Part shown: piece by piece, positions 10,356 to 20,618 of the stretch
Position numbering within the stretch: position 1 is the stretch's first letter
How the letters are laid out: each line of letters opens with the position of its first letter
NCBI GenBank assembly: GCA_038883795.1
Contig: JAVZLK010000003.1
Location: 75,202 to 139,201, forward strand
Direction of reading: 5' to 3'
Length of the DNA: 64,000 bases
Source: Candidatus Bathyarchaeia archaeon
Lineage (GTDB): Archaea; Thermoproteota; Bathyarchaeia; Bathyarchaeales; Bathycorpusculaceae
Program-made: the position numbers and the translations under genes
The notes under the pieces: model-generated
The model's input: the letters and a program-made list of their open reading frames with translations, nothing else
Database searches by the model: none
What the model was told of the DNA's origin: nothing

Positions 10356-11582
10356 TTAGCCCACCACCTCGTAACCTTCTAAACTCCACAACGAAAGCTT
10401 AGCTTGATAGGCAATATTGTTAACAACAACTTGGCGCATATCAGTAGCAACCCACTCTTGACCGGTAGGGTCATTGCCAAAAACCACTGGAAAAGCCATG
10501 GAGCTTATACCCCAAGGCATCAAAACAACACCAGTTTCTTGTGCGCTTTTTCTATAAGTGATGACCAGAATGCCGGGATTGTTTCTTATGTTTTGTGGGA
10601 TTGTGACATAAGCGTAAGGAAATCCTCCTACGCCATAATTAAGTAATCCCGTGGAATTTTCTATTGGTATCTGTCGAAGAGTAAAGTCGTCAGCTAATAT
10701 AACAAAAGTTGCGTTGAACGTGACTGCTGCAGTATCACCCATCTCATGTACATCATAACTGTGGGCAATCAGTATCCTTCCCTCTGCAAAATCATCGATA
10801 AATGGGATTATATAGTTCGACGTGTATGTTACATGTTCATGATAACCCATACCCATAAGACCACCAAGGTAAGCATACACAATGAAAACGTAAGAGACTT
10901 CTTTTTTAACATTTGTAAATCTTAAAAGAACTGAACCTTGCGCATCAGTGAAATTGTCGCCATATTCTAATGCGTAAGAGGGGTATGGACCGCTACCTCC
11001 TTCAGAGACTGTGAGAAGACAATAGCTTATATGGGCATTTGCAAGCGGGAAGCCTACTCCAGTAACTGTAACACTTAGAATTAAGGGGTCTTTTAGCTGT
11101 ACTTCTTCTATCGAAATCGTTACAATCGGAGTCATAGTTAATTGAAATCCATATGTTCCATTTATTCCAAGCAACTTCGCCACAGCTGAGTAGTTAATTA
11201 CCTCAGTATATGGCACTAGTAAGAAATTACCAAATCCCATGGTTATGTTACTATAAGTCAATCCCATCCTTGGGTAATAAACTGGTTCTCCAACTGAAGA
11301 CCGCAATCGCATAAGTGAAAACGGACTAAGTCTGTATTGTGTGAATTCTGGGTCTTGCAATCCAAAACCATAAGGAGTGCAATTGCTTTTACCCCAATCT
11401 GGTGGAATGCCTGGATTTAGGAGCATGTTGTCGAGGAGGTCGCTGCATTTTGTTGCAAGATATCTGTGACGCTGATATAGAATGGCTGTTTGGATTATCT
11501 GATTGAAAAGGCTTATGAAAAGTAATATGGCTCCCAAAAAAATTGTGACGGAAACCAAATGATCTATTGTTGAGCCAGCCAT
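10356..11582 (-). CDS. Pilin-like protein
   Basis: GSTIDHLVSVTIFLGAILLF N-terminal helix; LLNPGIPPDW motif seen in archaeal minor pilins; in the T4P operon. Confidence 0.65.
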   Translation of the reverse strand: MAGSTIDHLVSVTIFLGAILLFISLFNQIIQTAILYQRHRYLATKCSDLLDNMLLNPGIPPDWGKSNCTPYGFGLQDPEFTQYRLSPFSLMRLRSSVGEPVYYPRMGLTYSNITMGFGNFLLVPYTEVINYSAVAKLLGINGTYGFQLTMTPIVTISIEEVQLKDPLILSVTVTGVGFPLANAHISYCLLTVSEGGSGPYPSYALEYGDNFTDAQGSVLLRFTNVKKEVSYVFIVYAYLGGLMGMGYHEHVTYTSNYIIPFIDDFAEGRILIAHSYDVHEMGDTAAVTFNATFVILADDFTLRQIPIENSTGLLNYGVGGFPYAYVTIPQNIRNNPGILVITYRKSAQETGVVLMPWGISSMAFPVVFGNDPTGQEWVATDMRQVVVNNIAYQAKLSLWSLEGYEVVG

Positions 11583-11588
11583 TCTTGC

Positions 11589-12092
11589 TTAACCTCCAAA
11601 AGAGAGGCATATGGTTCCATTTGCGAACTTTTCAGCCCATATGCATGCGTTTGTAGAATTGCTAATGAAAACGGATTCACGCCAAGTAACATTTTGACCC
11701 AAAATAACCGAAGTCGTTACCGCAGTTCCAACAGTTCTCAGCTTAAGCGTTATCTCCAACACCTTACTTGAATTCAAAGCAGGATCCAAAACGGTCTTTA
11801 ATGTTGCATTTCCGGTGTATGGATAATTCTCTATGAATGGTGGGACATCCACTTTTTGCGTAACGGTTCCAGCTGATATAGAATCATGGTTTAAGGCGAA
11901 ATACACTTGCTGTATACTGCTTCCTAAATGACTTGCAGCCTCCTGAAGTGCAAGAGTTCTACGCGAATCCACCCAGATATTCATGAGCCAACTTGCCGTC
12001 AACGGAAAGAGGAAAATCTGCAAAATCAAAACTGGAACCATAATCACATACTCGATAGTTACATGCGGCATCCATAACCCCCTCCTATGCAT
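11589..12092 (-). CDS. Small pilin-like protein (start may be Met at 12071)
   Basis: HVTIEYVIMVPVLILQIF helix; SD AGGAGG precedes the MPHV start. Confidence 0.65.
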   Translation of the reverse strand: MHRRGLWMPHVTIEYVIMVPVLILQIFLFPLTASWLMNIWVDSRRTLALQEAASHLGSSIQQVYFALNHDSISAGTVTQKVDVPPFIENYPYTGNATLKTVLDPALNSSKVLEITLKLRTVGTAVTTSVILGQNVTWRESVFISNSTNACIWAEKFANGTICLSFGG

Positions 12093-12915
12093 GCAAGCCT
12101 AAAGAAACAACCACCTCACTAGTGTAAAATTCAATGATGGAGCCGCTTGGAACATTTAATGTCTCTTCCATCTCATCAAAATTGAAGAAGCTTTCACCAA
12201 GACCCAAACTACTTTTTGGAAAAGAAACACTTATTTTAACCGAATTAACACTACTATTAGTTTTAACTGAAACATTCCTTCCTGTAAGCGTTACAGACTG
12301 AGAAAGACGAGGATGCGTGCCAGTGGAAAGGATAGGCAAATAAAACTTGAAATAGTTCTTCACCTCTCCACCAGCAGAAATGGTCGAATTCAAAACCCTA
12401 ATTATTGGAGCAACAACAACCCTTATGTAATTGCCATCAGCCATAGGTAACTTTTCAATAACATAAACATAGCTTACAGGCGCTGAAGGCCCAACTTGAA
12501 GGAAGGATCTATTGGATGGAAAGATGCTTTCATAATAGTTATTTCCAACCGAATATTTGCTTATAGGCATATTAAACAAAAGAATACCCGTAGTATAATT
12601 TGCAAAGTAAACAGTTCCATTCACATAAACAGTATAATTCAAAGCTGCACTTTCAAAATTAACCTCTCCATACTTACTTGCGTAACGAACCGTCTGCGTA
12701 CGCCCAACAATCCAAGCCACATCATCAATTTGAAGCCCAATCGTCTGCATAAACTGTTTTACAGCGCTAAACTCGTTCTCAGCCATTCTCGCAGTCAAAA
12801 AGTTGTTGGCAAAAACAACAGCCACAAGAAGAAGCACAACCACAGCGCTTGTTAATATGACAGTAGAAATTGCTGGACTAACCCCTCGCCTATCTTTTCT
12901 AAACTTGAACTTCAC
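12085..12915 (-). CDS. Type IV minor pilin
   Basis: Canonical class III signal DRRG^VSPAISTVILTSAVVVLLLVAV. Confidence 0.85.
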   Translation of the reverse strand: MKFKFRKDRRGVSPAISTVILTSAVVVLLLVAVVFANNFLTARMAENEFSAVKQFMQTIGLQIDDVAWIVGRTQTVRYASKYGEVNFESAALNYTVYVNGTVYFANYTTGILLFNMPISKYSVGNNYYESIFPSNRSFLQVGPSAPVSYVYVIEKLPMADGNYIRVVVAPIIRVLNSTISAGGEVKNYFKFYLPILSTGTHPRLSQSVTLTGRNVSVKTNSSVNSVKISVSFPKSSLGLGESFFNFDEMEETLNVPSGSIIEFYTSEVVVSLGLHA

Positions 12916-12939
12916 AGTTCTCCTAATCGTTTTTCCCTC

Positions 12940-14640
12940 CTAACCAAAACTTATGAACATGGGCACCAACTTCGCTGCCAAAACAGCAATTATCACCAGA
13001 ACAGCCGCATGCTTAAAGCCAGCAGCAACAGATTCCTCGCTGATTTTGCCAGCCACAATACCAATTAAATAGCTGTGGAAGATACATGAGGTAGTAAACG
13101 TCATTATCAGTGGTGTTAAGTCTTTTTTCTGTCCAGTTTCAGCCACGCCAAGAGTGCCCGATGTGAAGCCTATCATCATTGTTGTTGTTGCCACAAGGAG
13201 AATAGCCGCGAAATAGGGCATCAGAATATATGGGCGAACAGCCATCTTCTTTTCTTTTTCAACCTCCTGCGTTAAATTGTTAAATCTTGCCAATGATTCT
13301 ATCATGGCGATTGTTCCGCCGCCCACATCTATTGTTTCGACAAGTAGAAACATGACAATTTGTGCCATCCAGCTTCGCATTCGCTTGACAAAATCCATTA
13401 TAACCTTTCTTACCGGGACTCCCCAACTGATTTCAGAGCTTATTTTTCGCAGTTCTTTGCTGAATTCGCCATAATCTCGGTTGGCAAGACTTTCAATACA
13501 TTTTTCTGGAGATAAGCCTGTCTTTCTGACCTCTGTTAAGTCTCTAAGGAAGCTGTTTATGCCTTGTTCTATGCTTGCCTTCTTTTTTGAGAGTCTGCTA
13601 TTAACAACTGCTGCTGGCGCTGTGGCAACGAAGAGGGATATGGCGATGGCAACTGGCATATCGATAATGTTTTGGAAGTTGCTGAAGAATGGCACCTCAA
13701 TGAAACCCATAAAGTTTGTCAAAAGCATAAACAATATTACGGCTATGATGCCGCAGATTCCAAAAACCTTGTATGGACGCATTTCCACAACTGGAGTTTT
13801 TGGTTGCATACTATGAGCCAAATAGATGAACATGAAAGAGAGCATGGGTGTGAACAAATAGGTGTACAAGATTATTCCAGAATACATGGATATACCAACG
13901 CTGTAAATGGATTCTACGCTGAATAGTATGTAGAAGCAAAGGGACATCAAAACCATCACAATAATGAAAGTCTCTAGTAGCATTCCAAGTCTTTCAGCTG
14001 CAGCCTTAACACGCAGGGCTCTCGTTTTGAAAATGTCTTCAGCTTTTCTTTCGAGAAAATGTCCGATGTCACCGCCTATGATTACTGTTGAGGCGTAACC
14101 AGAGAGGAAATCTTTGAATATGTCAAGGGGATTCTTCTTTGCGGCGTTCTCTATAGCTGAAAGGGGGTCTATGCCAAAAATCTCTACATCTTTTATTATT
14201 TCCCTTGCCTCACTTCTCATGGCTGGCATTAGTTCGACTTCTGCAAGGCGCTTAAAACTTGTGTATGGTGCTATGCCACCTGAAGCCATGACGCTGATGT
14301 AAGCAGCCGCAAAGGGCATTTCCCTTTCAAGGTTGCTTGCCCTTTCACCAGCCCTTGAGATTGGTATAAGAAGGAAGCCTATCATCACATAAAATGGAAG
14401 GGGCACGAGGAAAATTATTGGGATGAAGCCGTAAAGGTAGAGGATAATTATTGATATTATTGAAATGGGAAGCGTTAAAGCTGCGATGAAAAACATTAGG
14501 GAAACGTAGGTTTGTGGGTAAATTTTGATTTTCGCCCTTTCAAGATAGTCCTTAAACTCGATGACATTTTTTAGAAAGGAAGGCGCAACCTTACCGAAGA
14601 TGCGAAAGGACCAAGCTTCAAGGGTTTCTAGAAACGGCAA
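12940..14640 (-). CDS. Type IV pilus membrane platform protein (TadC/PilC/FlaJ-like, two T2SS-F domains)
   Basis: LEREMPFAAAYISVMASGG and FLRDLTEVRKTGLS...YGEFSKEL T2SSF repeats; multiple TMs; overlaps the ATPase gene. Confidence 0.93.
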   Translation of the reverse strand: MPFLETLEAWSFRIFGKVAPSFLKNVIEFKDYLERAKIKIYPQTYVSLMFFIAALTLPISIISIIILYLYGFIPIIFLVPLPFYVMIGFLLIPISRAGERASNLEREMPFAAAYISVMASGGIAPYTSFKRLAEVELMPAMRSEAREIIKDVEIFGIDPLSAIENAAKKNPLDIFKDFLSGYASTVIIGGDIGHFLERKAEDIFKTRALRVKAAAERLGMLLETFIIVMVLMSLCFYILFSVESIYSVGISMYSGIILYTYLFTPMLSFMFIYLAHSMQPKTPVVEMRPYKVFGICGIIAVILFMLLTNFMGFIEVPFFSNFQNIIDMPVAIAISLFVATAPAAVVNSRLSKKKASIEQGINSFLRDLTEVRKTGLSPEKCIESLANRDYGEFSKELRKISSEISWGVPVRKVIMDFVKRMRSWMAQIVMFLLVETIDVGGGTIAMIESLARFNNLTQEVEKEKKMAVRPYILMPYFAAILLVATTTMMIGFTSGTLGVAETGQKKDLTPLIMTFTTSCIFHSYLIGIVAGKISEESVAAGFKHAAVLVIIAVLAAKLVPMFISFG

Positions 14641-16246
14641 TTGCTTTTACCTCCTCCCCAGCAACAACTTTTTCATAAATCTGTTTTGGTCTGGCGTAAT
14701 ATTCTGCAATGATTGCAGCCACATCTTTGTAACTTCTTATGTTACGTTCACGCATCCAGTGGAGAATTTCTTTGCGCCTCTCTATCTCCTCAATTAACTC
14801 CTTTTTGGTTGCGCCTATGCGCTCAGAAATTTGCGACAACATCAAACTTTTGTCGAAGGCGGGTATGTGAGCGTCTTTTGTTGGGTGCCACTTGAAAGCA
14901 CATCTATAATCTTCGTAATCTGCGATTTCGTTGACATTAATTACACGTCTATACGCTTTCCTTTCGGCACCTTTTACCAAGTGAACCCTTTGAATGGATA
15001 ACACGATGTTCATCAATGGGATATAGGCTGGCGAAATGTCCATGGGCTTTGATGTTAACCGCTTAACTGCCGAATCTAAGTTTTCAGCGTGCATTGTGCA
15101 CATGCCACCGTGTCCTGTGGCTAAAGCTTGGAAGAGCACATAGGCTTCTTGCCCCCTCACCTCACCCACAATCAATATGTCTGGTCTATGTCTCATTGAA
15201 GTCTTTACTAAGTCAAAGAGGGTTACTTCGCCTACGCTGCTTCCGCCTAAGCCATAGCTTTGTCTGGCAATGAGCGAAACCCAGTTTTCATGGGGTAGGT
15301 TAAGCTCTGCCGTTTCTTCTATTGTTACTATTTTGCTTCCAGGCTTAATTAGGCAAGCTAAAGCGTTTAGGGCTGTGGTTTTCCCAGCAGCCGTTCCACC
15401 CAAAACCATAATTGAAGCCCTATTTTCGAGGCAAAGCCAGAAATAGGCTGCCATCTCCTCTGAGAAGGTGCCCAAATTTATTAAGTCAATTATTGAATAG
15501 GGATCTTCTCTAAATTTCCTAATAGTGAAGGCTGTTCCAAAAGGCGTAACCTCACGTCTATAACATACTGCAAGTCTATGCTTGCCCGGCAGTGAAGCGT
15601 CCACTATGGGAAAGGCTGAACTTACATGTTTTCCAGCCATGTGCACAAGCTTTACAACCATGTTGTCGAGTTCTTCATCATTCTCAAATTCCAAATTTGT
15701 TTCAATACTCTCGTAGTTTCGGTGCCAAACATAAACTGGCTTGTTAACTCCATCACATGAAATATCCTCAATATTTGGATCCCGCATTAACGGGTCGATT
15801 TTGCCAAAACCTACAAGGTCCCTTTCAGCATGATAGAGAATCTTATACCATGAAACGTCAGGGAGCCATCCCAAGCTTATGCGGTATTTGTCAACGATTT
15901 TTTTGGCTTCTTCTGCGAAGAATTTTCTGGGGTCAAGGATTTCCTCTTTTGGTGACTCTATTTCTGCCAATAAAATTTCTAATATGCGGTTGTAAACGCT
16001 TCTTTCAAGGGGGTCAAGCTGCAACTCATCTAAGATGTATTTGTACTCGCCAGTTTTTGGGTACTGAACTATTGCGACATGAGCAAATGGTTCATAGAGT
16101 GGGTACTTCTCAACAACTTTATATCCTCTCGGTATGGGTTTTGGTGGCGGTGGGGGAATAACTACTTTAGGCTTTCGTTTAATGTTAAATTTGACTCTCA
16201 CTCTTTTAAGTTTAGTTAACGTCTCTTTGAGCTTCAGTCGTGCCAT
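14618..16246 (-). CDS. Type IV pilus assembly ATPase (VirB11/TadA/FlaI family)
   Basis: Walker A GGTAAGKTT, Asp box TIEETAEL, RHRPDILIVGEVRG, His box TGHGGMCTMHA. Confidence 0.96.
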   Translation of the reverse strand: MARLKLKETLTKLKRVRVKFNIKRKPKVVIPPPPPKPIPRGYKVVEKYPLYEPFAHVAIVQYPKTGEYKYILDELQLDPLERSVYNRILEILLAEIESPKEEILDPRKFFAEEAKKIVDKYRISLGWLPDVSWYKILYHAERDLVGFGKIDPLMRDPNIEDISCDGVNKPVYVWHRNYESIETNLEFENDEELDNMVVKLVHMAGKHVSSAFPIVDASLPGKHRLAVCYRREVTPFGTAFTIRKFREDPYSIIDLINLGTFSEEMAAYFWLCLENRASIMVLGGTAAGKTTALNALACLIKPGSKIVTIEETAELNLPHENWVSLIARQSYGLGGSSVGEVTLFDLVKTSMRHRPDILIVGEVRGQEAYVLFQALATGHGGMCTMHAENLDSAVKRLTSKPMDISPAYIPLMNIVLSIQRVHLVKGAERKAYRRVINVNEIADYEDYRCAFKWHPTKDAHIPAFDKSLMLSQISERIGATKKELIEEIERRKEILHWMRERNIRSYKDVAAIIAEYYARPKQIYEKVVAGEEVKAIAVSRNP

Positions 16247-16311
16247 TGCGTTTTCTCCTAATCAATTATTATGATATGTACGGTCTATTAAATATTACGT
16301 CTCACGAAACT

Positions 16312-18978
16312 TTACTCCGACCCCTCTTCTTCACCCGCAGAAATTTCAATAATCTTCAACTTAACGAGCACGATGATCACGACGGCGATGATCAATGGAA
16401 TAAGAATTATTAGAAGCATAGTCATCCAAGGCAAACCTTCACTAGGCTTTGCTTCTGGGCTGACGGTTATTGAAATTTGCTCTTCTTCGCTTAAATATCC
16501 GTACTTTGTAGCGTTGGCAGTAATGTTGACAGTGAGCGATGTTGTTGTTTGAGGAGCAATGTAAACGAAGGTGCAATAGCCATCAGCATCCGTCCAATTT
16601 GTCGTGATAGGAATGCTTCCATCAGTGCATGAGAGAGTAACTGCTGCATTGAAAACTGGAGTTTGGTTGCAAGTGACATGCACACTTACTAAGGTAGATT
16701 CCTCTGGAGCAATTGCTGACTTGACTATTATTTCGACATTGATTATTCCTGGATTGACGGCTATGTTAAGCCAATTTTCTCCATCAACGTATCCCTCTTT
16801 AGTTGCTTTCGCCAAAAGTGTTATGTTACATGCTTCATCCACTGGGGGCGCCGTGAAAGTGAATGTTGCAGTACCTGCCTCATCACTTAAGACAAAAGCT
16901 GGAATGAAATTTCCTCCACTTTCAGACGTCAATGTTATATTCGCTTCTGCAATTGGGTTTCCTTCGTATGACACCTGAACCGTCACAGCCATTTTTCCCT
17001 CTGAAGTGATGATAGCGGGATCTGCTGTGACTTCAACAAAAAGCACTTTTGGTTCTATAGGTATCGTGCATAAACCTTGTCCCTTTCCATAACCAGTTTT
17101 TGTGGCAATAACCAGAATAGTACTGTTTATTTGAGTTAAGGTTTGAGAGGCTGTAAAACTGAAAATTGCCATACCATTGGCGTCTGTAACGCCTGTTGTT
17201 GCCGAAAGGTCACCATTTTCAGCGGATAGCGTAAGCGAAACATCGGAAACGGGTATTTCAAAACTATCCAACACTTGAACTGTGATTGTTGCTGTTTCTT
17301 CAGATTTAAGCGTAGGTGGGTCAGCGCTCATTTGAACAGTAAGGGGTGGAATAACTTTCAAATAATCGTGGGCTGAACCATCAGTGTAAGAAAGTTTTGA
17401 AGCCCTCGCAATGATTCTAACATCCGTCACTTCAGTGACATTTGGCGCTTTAAACACAGCAGTAAAATAACCTGAGGAATTTGTTAACCCAGAAAATGGC
17501 GTGAAAATTCCACCTTTTACAGAGAAAAATGTTACATTCGCATTTTCTACAGCACTTGTCCCGTAAGAGACATAAGCAGTAACAAAAACCTCATCATTAT
17601 ATTCCACCTTATAATTACTAAGAGTAATAGATACCTTTAAAGATGGTAGGTTCATAACGTTTATTTGTGCAGAAACAATATTGCTTGTAACGTTGAAATC
17701 GTCCCTAACTTTTAATCTCACAGAATAGGTACCTACGGAAGAATAGTTATAGGTGAAGAGGGATAGGGTTGTCCAGTCGCTGCTTTTTCCATCACCGAAA
17801 TCGTAGAAGTAATAGTTAATTCGTCCGTCATCATGGGAGTCAGCACCTACGAAGGTGACTGGTTGATTTGGCGCAACTAAAACCTTATCTGTCCAGAGAA
17901 TTGCCGTTGGAGGAGCATTACTGTAATCTATGGGATGCGTTAAGAAGAAGATGAAGTCAAGATTAATCCCATCACCGCCAACCGGATTTCCTTTTCCATG
18001 CGGGTTTAATGTTGGATGGTAAGGTCCACTTTCGTTGCCCCAATAATTGTATGTTGCATCCACAGTGGCTCCAGAGGAAACGTCCATGCCTAACTCGTTG
18101 CCAGTTATGTCGTTGAAATGGGCTATATGGCCTGTTCCGCTTTCATACATGATTCCAACATGATTGTTCAAAATGTAATTTCTTGTAATGTTGGTAACAG
18201 CATCGCTTGAAACGCAAAAACCATAATTGTTTTGTGAAACTGTGTTATTCACGATAACAGTGTTGCCATAAGTTTCAGCCTCGCAGAGTATTCCGCTGTG
18301 CTGGTTAAAGGATATTTCGTTTTGAGTTATGCTTACTGATGTTAAAACTCCGTTTAATATTATGCCGTCTCCATTACCGCTTACGAAGTTATTCAACACA
18401 TAGACTTGGCTGCCACCACTTACGAAAATTCCACCTACACTGTTGTTTAACACCTCACAATCTTCAACATGCACATAGCCACCAAAAATTGCAACTCCAT
18501 TTTCAGAATTGTATCTAACAGTGCTTTCTTGAATATTCACATAACCATTTTCTACGGTTATCCCATTCAAGCCATATTCTATAATACAATTTGAGAGTAA
18601 AGATTCTTGTGCAGAATTAAACCAAAGCGTTCCCCATCCGCCAGCTTTAGGTTCAAGCTCGTTTGAAGTAAACCTTATCGTTTTATCCTCTGTGCCTTCT
18701 GCAATAAGTTTGCCTTCTATGGTTATGTTAAAAAATCCTCCAAAGCGCACTTCAACCCCTGGCTCAATGGTTAAAGTTGCATTGGAACAAACTATAGTTT
18801 CGTTTGAAATTATGAAGGGACTTTCCACAAGAGTCCATGTAGTATCTAATGTAATGTATCCTTCAACATAAGTTGCTCTTACAGGAAGAAATAACATTAT
18901 GTTTGCAAAACTAAAAATGCTAAAAATCAAAGTTAACAGAATAAAGTATGCCCTAAATTGCTTCTTCATGTTTTCCAT
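16312..18978 (-). CDS. Membrane-anchored surface protein: right-handed beta-helix, PKD, four Ig-like (Big_1-type) repeats, C-terminal TM
   Basis: Signal peptide; LTIEPGVEVRF and ATYNYWG beta-helix motifs; YDFGDG...YSSVGTYSVRLKVRDD PKD motif; repeated ANVTx...G.TD..G..TF.F.AP...A.K.GY units; C-terminal hydrophobic helix. Confidence 0.85.
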   Translation of the reverse strand: MENMKKQFRAYFILLTLIFSIFSFANIMLFLPVRATYVEGYITLDTTWTLVESPFIISNETIVCSNATLTIEPGVEVRFGGFFNITIEGKLIAEGTEDKTIRFTSNELEPKAGGWGTLWFNSAQESLLSNCIIEYGLNGITVENGYVNIQESTVRYNSENGVAIFGGYVHVEDCEVLNNSVGGIFVSGGSQVYVLNNFVSGNGDGIILNGVLTSVSITQNEISFNQHSGILCEAETYGNTVIVNNTVSQNNYGFCVSSDAVTNITRNYILNNHVGIMYESGTGHIAHFNDITGNELGMDVSSGATVDATYNYWGNESGPYHPTLNPHGKGNPVGGDGINLDFIFFLTHPIDYSNAPPTAILWTDKVLVAPNQPVTFVGADSHDDGRINYYFYDFGDGKSSDWTTLSLFTYNYSSVGTYSVRLKVRDDFNVTSNIVSAQINVMNLPSLKVSITLSNYKVEYNDEVFVTAYVSYGTSAVENANVTFFSVKGGIFTPFSGLTNSSGYFTAVFKAPNVTEVTDVRIIARASKLSYTDGSAHDYLKVIPPLTVQMSADPPTLKSEETATITVQVLDSFEIPVSDVSLTLSAENGDLSATTGVTDANGMAIFSFTASQTLTQINSTILVIATKTGYGKGQGLCTIPIEPKVLFVEVTADPAIITSEGKMAVTVQVSYEGNPIAEANITLTSESGGNFIPAFVLSDEAGTATFTFTAPPVDEACNITLLAKATKEGYVDGENWLNIAVNPGIINVEIIVKSAIAPEESTLVSVHVTCNQTPVFNAAVTLSCTDGSIPITTNWTDADGYCTFVYIAPQTTTSLTVNITANATKYGYLSEEEQISITVSPEAKPSEGLPWMTMLLIILIPLIIAVVIIVLVKLKIIEISAGEEEGSE

Positions 18979-19117
18979 CTCTCAGTTATCAAGTATCGCT
19001 ATGCCACTAACAGTTTAAGCATTATGAATTCTGAATAAAACTTCAAAATCTGTAATAAGCGTCTTAGCAAGAGATTTAATGCCGTAAGATAACAACCATA
19101 ACAAGAGGAGGAAAAAT

Positions 19118-19891
19118 TTGAAAAGTTTCATAGCCTTCGCTCTAAACGATTTTCCTCTAATAAAACCAGGGGATAACGTAGCAAAGATAATTGTGGAAAC
19201 CGCCGGAAAGAATGGCTTGAAGATTGAGGACGGCGACATAATAGCTGTTGCTCAAAAAATTTTCTCTAAAGCCGAAAAGAGAGTTGTGAAATTGAGGGAT
19301 GTCATCCCTTCAGAGAAAGCCAAAGAAATTGCAAAAATAACAGGTAAAGGACCGAAATTTGTTGAGCTTGTTCTTAAAGAAACAAAGAGAATAGTGAAGG
19401 CTTCCCGTGAGATTTTATTAGTGGAGGACAAACGCGGTTTGGTGTGCATAAACGCTGGGATAGATAAATCAAACGTGGAGGGAATGGAAAACTATGCATT
19501 ACTTCCACAAAATCCCGATGAATCAGCACAAAAATGCCGCAGAGAAATTAAAAGACTAACAGGCAAAAATGTTGCCGTAATAATATGCGACACCTACAGT
19601 CGCCCCTTCAAAAGGGGACAAGTAAACTTCGCCATTGGTTTGGCTGGCATAAAACCCTTCAAAGACTACCGTGGAAAAAGGGACCTTTTCGGACAAATCT
19701 TAAAAGTTAAAAACGTTGCAATTGCCGATGAGATTGCTGCAGCAGCAGAACTTCTCATGGGACAAGCGGATGAGGCAACACCAGTGGTCATTTTCAAAGG
19801 CCTAAACAACATCGTGCAATTTTGTGAAAACTGCAGTGCCAATGAGCTTCAGATTTCAAGGGAAGAGGATCTCTTTAAAGAAGCATTATAA
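19118..19891 (+). CDS. cofE: Coenzyme F420-0:L-glutamate ligase
   Basis: PLIKPGD, QKIFSKAE, NAGIDKSN, DTYSRPFKRG and ADEIAAAAELLMGQADEATPVV motifs. Confidence 0.92.
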   Translation: MKSFIAFALNDFPLIKPGDNVAKIIVETAGKNGLKIEDGDIIAVAQKIFSKAEKRVVKLRDVIPSEKAKEIAKITGKGPKFVELVLKETKRIVKASREILLVEDKRGLVCINAGIDKSNVEGMENYALLPQNPDESAQKCRREIKRLTGKNVAVIICDTYSRPFKRGQVNFAIGLAGIKPFKDYRGKRDLFGQILKVKNVAIADEIAAAAELLMGQADEATPVVIFKGLNNIVQFCENCSANELQISREEDLFKEAL

Positions 19892-20521
19892 ATCTTGCAA
19901 AAAAGGATTGTTAAGCTTCTCTTCACCAATGGTTGTTATAGGTCCATGTCCAGGATAAACAATATAATGGTCAGGCAAAGCTGCCAATTTCTTTAGAGAC
20001 TTCATCATATCTTGCTCAGAGCTTTCCGGAAAATCGGTTCTTCCAATAGAACCCCAAAACAACGTGTCGCCAGTAAAAACTTCCTTATCACCAATAAACG
20101 CTACCCCTCCACGGCTATGACCAGGCATATGCATAACCTTTAGAGTTATTTTTCCAAATTTGACTAAATCTTCGTCGTGAAGCATTATGTCGGGTTCTGG
20201 CGAGAAACTCCTAAAAACAAAAAAATTAGCAATTGTTTTACCTTTCTTGCCAAGCATAGTGGAGTCGAACTCGTGAATTAGGATGGGCACGTTAAATTTT
20301 TCCTTAACAATTCCGTTTCCACAAGTATGATCGGGATGCCCATGAGTGTTCAAAATAAACTTCAATATTAAAGATTTATCATTAATGTAACTGAAAATTT
20401 TTTCCGCTTCATGGCTGTCGTCAAAACCCGGATCTATTATTACTGCTTCCCTTGTTTGCTCACAGTTTACAACATAACAATTTGTCATCAACTGGCCAAC
20501 AGTAAACAACTGCACTATCAT
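19886..20521 (-). CDS. MBL-fold metallo-hydrolase (glyoxalase II-like)
   Basis: NTHGHPDH, PGHSRG, FTGDTLF, GRTD and YPGHG motifs. Confidence 0.92.
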   Translation of the reverse strand: MIVQLFTVGQLMTNCYVVNCEQTREAVIIDPGFDDSHEAEKIFSYINDKSLILKFILNTHGHPDHTCGNGIVKEKFNVPILIHEFDSTMLGKKGKTIANFFVFRSFSPEPDIMLHDEDLVKFGKITLKVMHMPGHSRGGVAFIGDKEVFTGDTLFWGSIGRTDFPESSEQDMMKSLKKLAALPDHYIVYPGHGPITTIGEEKLNNPFLQDL

Positions 20522-20618
20522 TAACGTTCACTAATGAAGCCTAATTAATAGCTCTTCTGATTTTGCTGCACAATAAACCTTACCGAAAGCATTAAGTTTT
20601 TAGAAAAAACAATAACTA

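Noticed and set aside
5626-16246. Archaellum (motility) operon
   Set aside because: No archaellin-type FlaB, FlaF/G/H or chemotaxis genes; the subunits are pilin-type.
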